Below, one piece after another: positions 1 to 12,568 of a DNA stretch of 64,000 nt. This stretch comes from Eutreptiella sp. 'Long Island Sound 2002' (taxonomy: Eukaryota > Protista > Euglenida), in NCBI GenBank assembly GCA_964036045.1, contig OZ038378.1, positions 174,220,001-174,284,000 on the forward strand, read 5' to 3'. Position numbers and translations under genes: made by a program. Position 1 is the stretch's first letter, and the number at the start of each line of letters is the position of its first letter. Below the pieces are notes generated by a model. That model was given only the letters and a program-made list of their open reading frames with translations, was not told the origin of the DNA and made no database searches.

Positions 1-2249
1 ACACTGCCCCCGACTTTGCCGACGTTGTCAGTGTAAAACCTGCCGTGTGCATATAATGCTCCAATTCTGAACCCACATTGGCTCTGTTCCGCCCATGCAC
101 TGCCCTACACTACCCCCAGACGTCTCCGACGCCTCTACAAAGCCACTACAGCGCCCCGACACAGACCAGCACTGTCCCAGAAAAGCCCAGAAATGCACAA
201 TAATGCCACCCGGCCGCCGAACGCACCACCATGACCGCACACCGTCGCGCAACAACCGCACCCGGCTGGCTTACCTGCACTCCGATGGGGTGTAATCAGC
301 ACGTACAGTGAGACTGTCGCCTATCCATATCCCGTTGATCATTCGCCAATCTGGAATGTTGACATCTAACCGTCGGTGCCACATCCCAAATAGCCGTGGC
401 GAATGCTGCGTCGTGCAATTGGGCTTGGTCACCATCTTTATCCCTGCGGTCGTGCAGGGTAGGGAGCCACAGCAATGCCACAGTCACCTTCATCGTCACC
501 GTCACCGTTGCTGCCGGTGTCCATCCTTTCCTGTCAGCCCTGAACTATCGCGAGTGATAGTGTCAACAACAATTTTGACCCCCACCCCTCATGCCTCAGA
601 ACGCTTTGTCCGAGCCCCCGCCAAAATTCATTCCACGCAGCTTCAGGTTCTCGCCACACCTCATTTTGTGCGAGCGGGGAGCTATTGCCCACACCTCATT
701 TCGACCACGAACCATTCTTTAGGCCATTGTCAAACCTCATCTTTGCAGTGTTCACGTTTGCGGCCGTTGTCGAGACAACACGTTGTCCTAAAGGCTGTGT
801 GTCTATGTGGTTTTCAACTCTTGAACCATGGTTCTACTCGATGGTTTGTGGTATGACTTGTTGGCGAGAAGGTGCCAGCGTGACGGCTTGAGAGCTGTAA
901 TGACAAACTAATAATCAGAAATTGAAATAGAATTTGATGTTTGAAAGGCCACGACGCTGACCTCATTCCACTACCGCCGACGGTGGAGGGTTGCTTTAGC
1001 AAATGCGAACGGTGCAGAGCATGCAGCGGATCGCACAAAACCAAAGAAACACAAGACCAAGCCTTCGTGGAATACGACACAAAGGTTGTGACGGTACGGC
1101 TTCGTTGTCCATATTATGGGTTGGACGGACCTCATTTTGCTGAGAAACTCAACACTGATGCAATTGAGGAGAGGAGACAGGCAAACATCACCCAGTATGA
1201 AATTCGTGAGATGCCATTCTCAACGGATGAGATGCCACTCTGCTCTGTGCTATGCTATGAATGTGGGCAGAACAGAAAGAGAACAAACAAAATTTCTCTC
1301 TTGGAAAAGCAGTGGAGACCTTTTTCCCCATGCTAGCAGCAGGGTTTACATCCAGGCCATCCAGAATTCCCATCAACTTGCTTTATTTGTGCCTGCCTTC
1401 TTCGTGTTTGCATGTCTGTGTTGTTTGTGCATGTCACAAATGCCTTGAACATTCCAAGGTTTTTGGGCACCTGCGGGGTTTTGGTTATTTTTACTGCAAA
1501 ATCCGCAGAATCCGCACAATCTGCATAATAAGTGGGGCTCCGCCAGGCTAGGATCCACAACATCACGAAACCTCCCCAGCATTGTTGCCTGAATACCCAC
1601 ACGTTGACGTGTGGCACTGATTCCCCGACATGCTAAATTGGGTCAGTGCAGCAACAGCACGATTGCACTACCAAGGAGAACACCCCAGTCAATGTTATGC
1701 TTGAGTGCGATGAAGTGCAGGCCTCTGAGCCCTTCGTAAATGTGAAGGCACCCTGCATGCCGGCACACAATGCACAGGGGAAGGGACCACCACCGTGCCA
1801 TGCTGAAAGACGTCTGTTTCTTTGTCATCAGATACTGTCTATTATAGGAATGCACACGCAACGAGCCCCCTTGAGTTTGCACTGGATAAGCACCCATTTT
1901 GGGGCTTTGGCACAGCGCTTCGGGGGGCTTCCAGCAAGCGCCCAAACCCATTGGTTTTGCAGACTGTGCGTCCAAACGGTCAAAACAACATAAATTCGGG
2001 TGTGGTTTTCATAGAGTATAGAGCGTGCGTAACACACACAGACAGATGCCCACGCCTGTGATGGGACCCCTGCTGGATGAGGCTAATGACTTGCTCACGT
2101 ATGCCCCACACACATGGCTGTGTAAGCTGTGGGGCCTTTCCTGCGCACAGGGTAAATCTGTGCTTAAAGTGGGATGTTGGGTATGACTGACTCATCCGAA
2201 ATGTATGTTGCCCAGACGGGGGGCAGAGGTACCCTGAAACAGCTCGTTC

Positions 2250-3400
2250 AACGTTGGAGACAGCACGGACATTCAGCACAAGCATGGGGCAGGTGATTCC
2301 ATGACGGTTGGGGTTCCAGAAGTGGTACGTCCTGCCACTGCAAGAGTGCCATCCCCACAACTTCAGGTTGGAAAACCGGTGGATTCAACACGTGGGAGCG
2401 GCGTTGAATAGGCGCGATCTGCCGCATACATGAAGAAAGTACCACATGCCTTTTGAAAAGGGACTGGTCCTTGATGTCACGCACAGTGAAATCATCCCGA
2501 TGGTGCCCAAAATTACCACGTAGCTGCAGTGTACAATGCCAATTGCGCAACAAGTGCTGGTGAACGGAAAGCGAACACAGGATGGCCCCACACTTTCCAA
2601 GCTTTTTCAGATCTGGGGGCTGACATGCAGCCTCTAATGGGGACACCTGCATTGAACTACCACCGGGCTTCAAGGAAAGGAATGGATGATCCCGTATTTT
2701 CAAACTTGACCTTCATGTAGGTGTTGGGCCATTGGGTTTGATCGCCATTGAGAGAGCATTGGTTTGGTTTGATGGAATGCGACGACGTAGTATGTAAAAT
2801 GGGAGCTGCACATGAACACTTCACAATGGGTCCTTTAGTCCTAGAACAGGGCTCTGCAGGTGTCCCCATTGGAAAAGGCGACAAGTGAGAAGTGAGGAGT
2901 ATGGGAGCAAGGGATACCCGGGTCGTACTCCACCACCAAGTCGAACTGTGCCACCTTTGTTCCGGCGTCGAGGCTGTGCGGAGAGCGACCTTCCATGGGG
3001 CACTTATGCCGGTTATCTGCGCTGTAGTTGTACACGCACCAAAAATCATACAACGTTTCGGTGCACTCTGCCATCAAGAACGCATCCACGACAATCGTGT
3101 GCCCCAAGGGTAGGATCAACGCGGGAAAGTGGCAATTATATGTCCCGTTTTGCAAGTCCTAGGTATGGCAACGGCGACTTTGGCGGAAGCACATAAGCAT
3201 GAGACGCTTGGTCTCCTCAACACCTTCGCAAGCAAAGCAAGAGGTGGGCTTCCCCAAGCCAAGTGTGCGTTAGTCCCCGCGTTCATTGTCCCAGTCTTGA
3301 CATGTGGCAAATACGCAATTCGCAACAAGTTGTTGCGTAGCAACGATGACACTTGCACACCTCAACGTCTGCCGTGAAAGTTATATTCGCATTCATGGCC
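2250..3400 (-). pseudogene. Decayed Penelope-like reverse transcriptase remnant
   Basis: Across frameshifted minus frames, in the expected order: VAQFDLVVEYDPGIP (motif A-like), FPMGTPAEP (GxPMG-like), YYVVA (degenerate YxDD position) and MKVKFENTGSSIPFLE (PLE-like F..E....IPFLD). Motifs A and B are too close together, implying an internal deletion. Confidence 0.4.
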
Positions 3401-5399
3401 CGAACAAGGTATATTTGCCCCCTCCGTTTGGCATGAAATAACACCGAAAAAGGTGCAACATCTCCGGCGGATGATGCGGGTGCATGGACTCGTTCCTTGT
3501 CAAATCGAGGGCGCCCCGTGCCTTGCTCGCACTCTATGCGATCAACGTTTAGCCTTGTCTCTCGCTTGAGAATATCTATTGCTCGACTACAACGAAGAGC
3601 GACAAGGAACATGTTCGGGGGAAGAGGAAGAGGCCTAACTGCCGGTCCTCTCTCAGGGCATCAGTCCCTAGAGTGCGGGTTGCATCCCAGGCAAAGCGAG
3701 TGATGCGAAATTCCTCTTCGTGTTTTGCAAGGCCCATCGAGAAGCAACAGACACATAGGTTCGTCATAAAGCGTCGAGGTAACCTACTCCAGGCACAACC
3801 AAGCAAGCATGACCTCCGAGAGTCGGATGCAGTCAAGGCGTTGGGTTGGGTCGGCTTCACGTTTGGACCAACGTTGTCGTGACGACTCGGTAGACTCCTG
3901 ATTTGCGAGGGCATTGGCTCGCGAGGCACCCTATGATTTGGTTTACATTTAGCACCACACACGTCTATGTGCTTTCTCATTCCCTTGACACGGAAGCTCG
4001 ACAACATGTGGACACAGTGAAAGCGAAGCAGGCGTGCTGGTGCCACATCCATGATGTGCGAATGGCAAACCTACGAGTGTGTTTGCGTATCGCCTCTGAA
4101 GTGCTGCTTGACTTCCACTTGATTGCCGATTCAAGATCGTCTGAATCATACAGAGGAGCCAATTCGCCGTGTCGTGAACCCGAATCCGACGGGAGCAACA
4201 CCCTCACCAACATGTAAAAAAGGATAAAACATGGTATGGAGGTCACACAACATAACTTGTGTGTCGGGCGACCCCCCATAAACTGAAACAAAAGGAACGG
4301 CATCAAGATATGCGACCGATCTCCAATTTGCATCTTGGCCCTTGGGGTTTTTGGGGAAACCCAAACACGGCTCTCCGTGTTATGGGCTCACCCATGTGCA
4401 TGATCAACCCTACACTGCCTCGAGGACGCCCCTTAGGATTGCTGCAGTGAGCTGAGGGGCAAGGGAGCATGTCAGCAAGTGACAGCACAAAGAAGGCTCG
4501 TCAGTGGTACATATCCATAGGCACCTTTCGCTGTGATAGGGAGGCAATGTGCAAAGCAGTGGATGTAGTGCACAGGTCCCTGATCACAGCCATAGACCAA
4601 AGCTATGGTCATGCGGTGACAACCATTCTACACAATGTGGTAGCGGTACACCGAGGTCATCGCGAAGCTATCACTGTGAACCCGCGATCTGTCCCCATAC
4701 CTGTGCCCCCCACCCCGGCGCGCATGCCTTGTGCCACCCGCGGCACCGACAACTCAACAATTTTGTGCACCCCATATTTTGCTGTGCAATGTCAACTTCC
4801 GCATGGGAGGAAAAATTGCATGAGCTCGCTATTTGTGTATGACATGTGTATGCTCACGTTCCCCCCAAACCAAGCGATTCGGCCCAGCTTGATCACACTA
4901 CTCTTGCCCGTGTTGCTTTGCCCACACCTTGTACCATGGGGTGTAGCCTTGGTTGAACCCGCATGAGGTCACACTGCCTAGGGACATTGAGGAACCTTAC
5001 TTCATGAGAGCATGCTTGCAGACCCACCCACCGGACTGTGGGGTAGCCTTATCTTGTCATCGCATGGTCACGGGCAAGTTGACGCAACAAAACAAAGCAG
5101 GCTCGTCATTGGCCGGCCATAGGCTAAGTGCAAACAAAAGGGTTGGTACAATGAACCAAAGCGACCAAGAGTTGCTATTCCTCATGCTACGGGTCACGAC
5201 ATGCACACATTGCATAATGCAGATGCCCAACATTGGTACAAGGGAACGTATTGCTTGTTTGGCATTGAGTAGGATAGCGGTTGCGGCCGCGGATTGGGTT
5301 GAAGTGATAAGTGACATCTTGCAGCGTGCTTCGAATATATAGGTGTTGGAGCTTACCCATGTCATGACACGTGTCGCGGCACACTTTCCGATGCCCCCC

Positions 5400-5548
5400 C
5401 CCCCCCTCCATGTCATGGTGGGACAACCAGCACAGGTGACGCAAGTGACGGAAGTGCCACTCATCCCAGAACATGAACCATTGCGCCACCCCCCCCCCCT
5501 CCCCCCCTCCCCCCCCCATGTCATGGTGGCACAAGGGACATAGGTGAC
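5400..5548 (+). repeat. Diverged ~110-bp tandem duplication
   Basis: cccc..catgtcatggtgggacaaccagcacaggtgac (~5400-5439) recurs as ccccccatgtcatggtggcacaagggacataggtgac (~5512-5548). Confidence 0.65.
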
Positions 5549-6235
5549 ACGAGACAAGTGCACAAGCACAAGCATGCCTCCACAAAACACAAAACCCAAT
5601 TCTTCATGCAAATTGCAACACGCTATCCAGCATCATTATTTTGTAGCCCCAAACAATGGGCCTCAACCGAATCGTGCCATATGTAGTGCACTAATACATA
5701 TCTCTCGGGGACATTCATAAGGTGCCAACACGGAGCAAATTCACATTTTTTCAGGTTTTTCTCAACTTTTGGTCTAATGCACCAAACTGTCGTTCTCTTG
5801 GGGCGGGTATGTGTATGCTTTTCGAAATCTGTGAGAAAAGGCCGTTTCAGAAATGTATGGGTTGGGGGGGGGGGGGTCACAGTTTTGCGCACAGAGCTGT
5901 AAACGGGACACATGCACCCTATTGCAAGGGAACATGGTGGGTTCCAATGCCCACTCAAAGGCCATCCGCCCTTCCCTAATTAACCTAATTACATAAACAT
6001 GACAAACATAGGTACACGGTGAAGAAATTGTGCCAATACTTGCATTAGCCACCACCATCATCATGTGATCTAGAGAGCAAGGGCAAAGAGGCAAAATCCA
6101 AAGCCCAACAATCTCATTCTTTGTCCTGCAGCATGCTGTTCGGTTGTTTAGCTCGAACGCGCACCTTCCCGGTAGAGGAGGTGGCCCATGATTTCGTGTT
6201 GCCCCCGAAGTCTTCTTATTTCGATAGAAAGCTCG

Positions 6236-6429
6236 ACACAACACAACACAACACAACACAACACAACACAACACAACACAACACAACACAACACAACACA
6301 ACACAACACAACACAACACAACACAACACAACACAACACAACACAACACAACACAACACAACACAACACAACACAACACAACACAACACACCACAACACA
6401 ACACAACACAACACAACACAACACAACAC
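6236..6429 (+). repeat. (ACACA)n pentanucleotide microsatellite, ~39 units
   Basis: Read directly; near-perfect, with one CCACA variant. Confidence 0.97.
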
Positions 6430-6727
6430 CTAACACGAGAGCGGGAGGCTCGTGACACAACACAGCTCAAGTGGCGGCCCCGTGACACGACATAGCCCCC
6501 CCCCCCCTCCCCCTCTGTGGCTGGGTAAGCTCTGTTGTTAGGGAAGTTGGAGCTGTAATTGTGCTGAAATTCTATTGCCTTCGGTGGCGCACCTTGAAGA
6601 GAGGCTGACAGTCAGCCAATCGGTCAGTTAGCCAGGCCAGCAGTCGGTCAGACAGAAACACACAGGTTGGGTTTTTTGTCAGTGGCAGACGCAGCCCCAA
6701 GCAGTGGGGAAAACTTCTGACTTCAGA

Positions 6728-6798
6728 CAAGCAATGGCCGAATGGTAATGCACCTGACCGCAAACTTTTTGGTCGGTGGTTCGAACCCCGGTCGTGCT
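6728..6798 (+). pseudogene. tRNA-like / SINE-head sequence with A and B boxes
   Basis: TGGCCGAATGGT (A-box-like) lies ~45 nt before GGTTCGAACC (B-box), with ctgacc-GCA-aa at the anticodon position. Acceptor, D and T stems pair poorly, so it is not a functional tRNA. Confidence 0.4.
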
Positions 6799-6829
6799 AA
6801 AATGGCGGCAGTGCCGGCGACGACATTTG

Positions 6830-6897
6830 ACCGACCAGGATTCGAACCGCCGACCCAAAACTTTGCATTGGCTGTATTACCATTCAACCGGCGTTTG
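6830..6897 (-). pseudogene. Second tRNA-like / SINE-head copy, inverted
   Basis: The reverse complement reads ggttgaatggtaatacagccaatgcaaagttttgggtcggcggttcgaatcctggtcgg, which aligns with the 6728-6798 copy. Confidence 0.4.
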
Positions 6898-7160
6898 ATG
6901 TGACAACACTGAGCCACCCCACTACTTGGAGCCTTCTGAGCGAAAACTTTTGACCCCCCCCCCCCAGCCCCACCCCCCCTCAAAAAAGTGATATCCAGTT
7001 TTAGGGGATAGAGGCCTCAGAATTAAAAAATCCATTGGGGGATGGTCTTATTGGGCAAAATAATGATTTTACAGGGGGTTGGACATCAAATATCATGCCT
7101 TGGGGTATGCTACGCGAATGACCCCAAAACAGGGGGTATACGGCGCCCGCGCCTACCGCG

Positions 7161-7197
7161 CCTGCGCTTGATCTAACAACTTATCTTCGAGGTGATT
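7161..7197 (+). repeat. Dispersed repeat terminus shared with 62504-62540
   Basis: cctgcgcttgatctaacaac-ttat-cttcgaggtgatt versus cctgcgcttgatctaacaac-ctct-cttcgaggtgatt; both are preceded by ggggtata-like motifs. Confidence 0.8.
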
Positions 7198-7564
7198 TTC
7201 AACTTCGCTTGTGGTGGCAGGGGAAAATCTTTCACTTGTCGTGTCTTGGGCTACTCACAAAGCACTACTGGTATGTCGCGGACATTGATTGCAGCAATGT
7301 CACAATTTGGGGGGAGGTTTCCTTCACAACCACAGTTGTCAACAATTCCAAGAAGATGTCCTGATCCACCCACCTAACCTCACTACCAATGAAGTAGCAA
7401 TCCCCCACTTTTTCACTAGCAATGTTGCTAGGCCAAGAGTAATTGTTGGGATGAATATACGCGGGGGGCCCGCAACGTCCATTTGCAAAACCCCAACCCA
7501 CAACGGTAACCCACTTGGGGAGAACTCGAGGGAAAGGGCACAGACTGGTTGCAACAAAGCAAAA

Positions 7565-8650
7565 CCGGAAGCACTGGAATATATTCCGGAGGATGTACCG
7601 GAATATATTCCAGATCCTACAGAATACGTTCCGGTGGTTCCGGAATATACTCCGCAAGATGCGCATTGTATTCCGCTATTTGCGGAATACAATGCGCATC
7701 TTGCAGAATATACTCCGGCTGCAGCATCCGGAATATATTCCCCAGGATCTTGTATATGTACCGGAAGCACCGGAATATACACCGCAATATATTCCGCAGG
7801 ATTTGGAATATACTCCGGAAGCACCAGAATATATTCCCAGGGTCCGGAATATATTCCAGTACTTCCGGAATACATTCCGCTGGTTCCGGAATACATTCCA
7901 GTGTTTGCGGAATATATTCAGCATCCTGCGGAATATATTCCAGATCCAGCATCCGGAACATATTCCCCAGGAGCAGGAATATAACCGGAAGCACCGGATA
8001 TACACCGGAATATCTTGCACAGTATCTGGAATATATTCCAGCAGCGGCGGAACGTATTGCAGAGGCACCGGAATATATTCTGTAGGATCCGGAATGTATT
8101 GCGGAAGCACCGGAACATATTCCCAGGATCCGGAATATATTCCACTACTTCCAGAATAAGATCCGGATCCTGCATAATATATTCCAGTGCCTCCGGAAGA
8201 TAATCCGCTGCTTCCGGAAGATATTTCGGTGCTTTCGCAATACACTCTGTATCCTGCGGAACATAGTCCAGATGCTGCGGAATATACTCCGGTGCTCCCA
8301 GAATATATTCCGGTGGTTCCGGAGCTTCCGGAATATAATCCGTTGCTTTCGGAATATATTTCCGTGCTTCCAGAATACAATACGGATCCAACAGAATATA
8401 TTCCGGTGCTTCCAGAATGTATTCTGGCGCTTCCAGAATAAACGCGGCACTTCCAGAATATATTCCGGCGCTTCCAGAACATATCCCGCAGCTTCCGGAA
8501 TATATTCCGGATCCAGCAGAATATACTCCGGTGCTTCCGGAATATATTCCGGATCCTGCGGAATACATTCCGAATCTTGAAGAACATATTCTGGTGCTTT
8601 CGGAATATATTCCGGTGCTTCCGGAAGATATTCTGGATGCTGCGGAATAT
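7565..8650. repeat. Degenerate ~21-bp minisatellite built on the palindrome CCGGAATATATTCCGG
   Basis: Units such as ccggaatatattccggtgctt and its reverse complement recur throughout; PEYIP-like ORFs appear on both strands. Confidence 0.92.
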
Positions 8651-8659
8651 ACCCCCCCC

Positions 8660-9160
8660 CCCCAAATGCACCTCCAATGGCCCCCAGCGGCCACGATAAT
8701 TCCTTCTTGATGACCACACTGACCCCCCCCCCCCCCCCATGACCCCGAAATGACCCCCAAATGAGCCCCAATTGCCCCCCAACACCTCCAAGTGGACACC
8801 CAATGACCCCCCAACAACCACCCAATGACCCGCCAACGACCCCCGACTAAGCCTTCCATGACCCCCGGTTGACCCCCCCCGCCATGACCCCCTGATGACC
8901 CCCTGATGACCAATAAACCCCCAACGACTCCCCCATGGAACCCCCATTGACCCCCTAATGACCCCCCAACAACCCACCAAAGACACCCCCATTGACCACC
9001 CATTGACCCCCCAATGACCCATCGACGACCCCCTAAATGACCCCTCAACAACCCCTCAACGACCCCCATATGGCCCCCCAACGAGCCCCCATTGACCCCC
9101 CAACAACCCAATGACCCCCCAATGACCCCCTCCAATGACCCTCCAATGACCCCCCCCCCC
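8660..9160 (+). repeat. C-rich minisatellite (~11-12 bp, caatgaccccc-like)
   Basis: Dozens of atgacccc, ttgacccc and acgacccc units; the minus strand is G-rich. Confidence 0.85.
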
Positions 9161-10601
9161 GTGTGTTTGCGCGCGACACATACCACGGGACACATGTTGC
9201 AGACATATGCCAACCCTACACCTGAAAACACACTTATCCTCATCTGCGATCCAGGGGGGCATCATGCTCTTGTTCACGACCATTGTGCTCATACACAATG
9301 CGAATATACCACTCACATAGAGGGACCCAAAACTCGAGCAGGCGCAAACTCATTGTTCGGATGCCACTGGTATGTGACAGGAAGCCTAGCAGCAGAAAGA
9401 GAAATGTTCATGACTATAAAATGATGCCCAACAGAACAGCATACAAACCAGCACACAAGAGCACTTGCACCTACACCAACACTTTGACACCCAAATTGAC
9501 CGCTTCTGCAGCCTGCACAAAGCTACAAACTACATCCGCTTAGAAGGAATCACAAAAATCATGGGTCTAAAAAAAGGCCCAAAAGTGCGGAAACACTTGG
9601 TCTTAGTACAAGGGCGTTGGTACAAGGGGTAGCTTGAATACTCGATCCAGCGCCTTCCTGCATTCTCTCCAGACCACTGTCCTGCACCATTATATAAATC
9701 TGTACAGGTACCCCGGGGGGTATAATGCCGACTGATTTCTTGTGCTCCACAGCAAGACACCCCATGCAACGCAATTGACTCGGCAAAGATAACAGTCACC
9801 ATTCAACCATTCAGAGAGGCAGCATCCTTGCGGCAAGACGGCATGCTGCAATATGCTGCAGAGCCAGTGTCAGTTCATGCCAGCAGATGCAGTGCTCAAC
9901 TGCAGCTTTCGACCAAATACCTAACGTGCCCCTCCTTATCCAAGAACACCAAAATCACCCCGACTGACGTGTTGACTTATGTGGAGGAGAGGACGGTTGA
10001 GGACAATCTGTTGCCAATGCGCGCAAACGCATGGGCCACGGCGCACGCTGGCGGCTCTGTGCCGGCGCGGGCGTTTATGTTGCTGCTGGGGCTTGCGCAA
10101 AGAAGGCAAAACGTCGAAATATGGGTTCACAGTTCTGGCCCACCCCAAATGCAGTCCACAGGGACCGACCCAACCCCCAAGAGGTGGGCAGTTGTTGTTT
10201 ATTGAATGCCGTATTGGTGGTGCCAACTGTAAACAATGGAACAACAACCACTGTTGATAATGCATCCAACACCATCAAATACCCAGGGAACCACAGTAGA
10301 TTGGGTCAGGTCAGGGCTATGATGGCAAACGCATTTGCACACGGCCAATATGGTATACGAGGTCAGGACAGGGCGACTCTGGTACAGGAATTTAGGCCCA
10401 GGGAGTTACAGCACGAGAAGAAAAGCCAGTACAGGCGTCTGGCCAAAGCTTTTGTTGCACGATGCTGAAAATTCCACACAAAAAGGAAAAGGTGACAGGA
10501 CAGTACAGTAAAATTTGACGGCAGATACTCCCCCGATATTGTGCATGGTTTTGGCCCCCTTATGGCCATCATTCCATTGCTAGACTCAGCGAAATTGTGC
10601 C

Positions 10602-10676
10602 GTGCATGTGTGTGTGTGTGCGCGCGCGTGTGTGTGTGTGCGTGCGTGCGTGCGTGTGTGTGTGCGCGCGCGCGCA
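10602..10676. repeat. Mixed (TG)n/(CG)n alternating purine-pyrimidine tract
   Basis: Read directly; Z-DNA-prone composition. Confidence 0.9.
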
Positions 10677-10867
10677 AATGCTGCTTTCTGGGCCCCTTCG
10701 GGTATACACAATTTGGAACGCTAAATGCAAGCACTGCACATCCGACCGGATCCAGCCCCTGGCTAACCACTCAACCTCTTTTTTTTTGCTTGCAGACCCC
10801 CTAACAAATGGTGGGGCTGCCAGGTCGTTTCTCCAGGGATCGTAGATTGGTCCCTGCACTAACCTAC

Positions 10868-10937
10868 CTGTTTTGAGGTGGGCAGGTTGGCTGAAAATTT
10901 TCGATCTTTGGGCGATGCCCGTAGACTCCCAGAAGGC
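10868..10937 (-). CDS. Tentative 70-nt exon of the coiled-coil/DPF gene (GLLGVYGHRPKIENFQPTCPPQN)
   Basis: Acceptor cccaag|GC and donor CAG|gtaggt. Open in phase 1, matching the upstream exon end, after a 118-nt intron. Confidence 0.35.
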
Positions 10938-11055
10938 CTTGGGACGAGTTTGGTTTGGGATGGGGGGGCTATTAGGTGAGTGTAACTAAACTTAAAATAT
11001 TCCTTTCCTTTGCTGTGTTGTTGCGATGTGCAAATACAAATGATCAAAGCTGTAC

Positions 11056-11355
11056 CTGTTCCTGGACCTTGACCTTGAGCAGTCCATGAACAAAGTTCAT
11101 GGACTGCTGTTAAGGAGCTTGAACAAGTGCTCGTTGGTATCCCAAGTTCCCAAGTTATTGGTGTCCCACTGGGTGCACAAAGGGAGCTGCTTTCTGGGTC
11201 GACTTGCTTCAACTCCTTGACAATAAAGTGAACGGCATCCTTCAAACCTTGAGGGCAGTCAAATTCAACGGCCCTAGGTACCTTGCCAACCGTTTCGGGT
11301 TCAAAGAAGTGTGCAGATGTCATTTTTGCCAGGGTTTGAACAATGCCCAGGCTGT
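11056..11355 (-). CDS. Internal exon of the coiled-coil/DPF gene (DSLGIVQTLAKMTSAHFFEP...GQGPGT)
   Basis: Polypyrimidine tract ttctctttttttctctgctattttaccaag| and donor CAG|gtacag; 300 nt, phase 1-1, which fits the phase-1 end of exon 16875-16068. Confidence 0.6.
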
Positions 11356-12503
11356 CTTGGTAAAATAGCAGAGAAAAAAAGAGAATCATAAGAATACGTG
11401 AAGGGGGCCCAGATTTACATCAATATGATGGTGAAGTGCCTTCAACCCAAGCTGGTCACTTGCATTCAAGCATCGGGCACACAATTGCGTAATGCACACA
11501 TACTTGGTACTGGTCTTGCAACCATAAGCCACCTATCTCCCATCCAAGCCTTTCGACCCCCCCCCAAAAACTCCCATCATGTGCCCATGCAACATCCACC
11601 CACGTTGATCATGTATGTGCTGCAGTATTTTTCATAGAAACCTCATAGTCGTTGGAAAGGAAAATATGTAGAAGGTTGGAGAAAGATGGACATGGACGTA
11701 TGAAAGATGGCCGTTCATAGGGCCTCTTTCATTGCACAAGCTCGGGCTTGAATAAACTGAATCAAAAAGGGAGCAAGACTGGCATCAGAAGAATATGTGG
11801 TGGGAGGACTAGTGTCAGCATTGGCTGTAGTTCATAGAAATAAAAGCTGGGCACGGCGTCACAAGGAGGCCAAGGTCAACAATACCATCGTCAATCATCG
11901 CCCTCTCCATGTGCCCGCTTCCCAATCAATGGAATGCCACGAACCCTGGTAATGGGGACTGCCCAGGCACTAGCATAGTGGGGGCAGGAGAGTGAGTGGC
12001 CCTTTATAGCGTGTGCTCAGGGCTGCTTTGCACCTTGGGGCCCAGGAGCCTTTGGCCGAGAGAAGATTGTTGGGCGCGGCCGTGGGTCCATTGAGTGTCG
12101 TGTGTCTCTGGGACCCAATTTCTCCATCAAGAACTGGATAACCGATTCCTTTTCATTGACTGCAGCATTGAGCTCAGCAACTTTGTTCCGCAGAACTGCA
12201 ATATCTGTGAAAGAACAGACACAATCAGTCAGATATGCGAAGTTCCTATCCAGCCACCCCTATCAACATGCCAGTCATGCCGACATGTAGTCACCCTCCC
12301 AAGCTACATCCACAGCTGGCCCACCACCAACTTCGGCAGCCAACACATTGGCAAGCAACCCATGAAGCTATCCACATGTGCATTCACCCATCCAGCAATC
12401 CATCAGACCTGCTCAAGCACATGCGCACAAACCACACCCAGCTACCCACCCACCCTGGGGCCCCACAGACACGCAGACCGACACAACTTCCTACCACCCA
12501 CCT

Positions 12504-12504
<1 letters not shown>

Positions 12505-12565
<61 letters not shown>
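12505..12565 (+). repeat. (CA)n microsatellite
   Basis: Read directly. Shorter (CA)n tracts also occur at ~12986-13005 and ~15203-15227. Confidence 0.95.

Positions 12566-12568
<3 letters not shown>

Noticed and set aside
5774-6495. ORFs with CCVVL or TTQHN repeats; also the CGVVW and HHTTP ORFs at 19.3, 20.5, 22.0 and 36.3 kb
   Set aside because: These are translations of pentanucleotide microsatellites.
7289-9243. PEYIP / GIYSG repeat proteins
   Set aside because: They are open on both strands and in several frames because the unit is palindromic; no splice sites or start context were found.
9828-10205. OTU-like protease fragment (PMRANAWAT...VEIWV)
   Set aside because: Only a loose resemblance, with no catalytic Cys or His motif.
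10400-10470. Final exon of the coiled-coil gene at acceptor ttttcag| (~10465)
   Set aside because: The acceptor is good, but all three phases give short unremarkable peptides and the upstream phase is uncertain, so it was not called.
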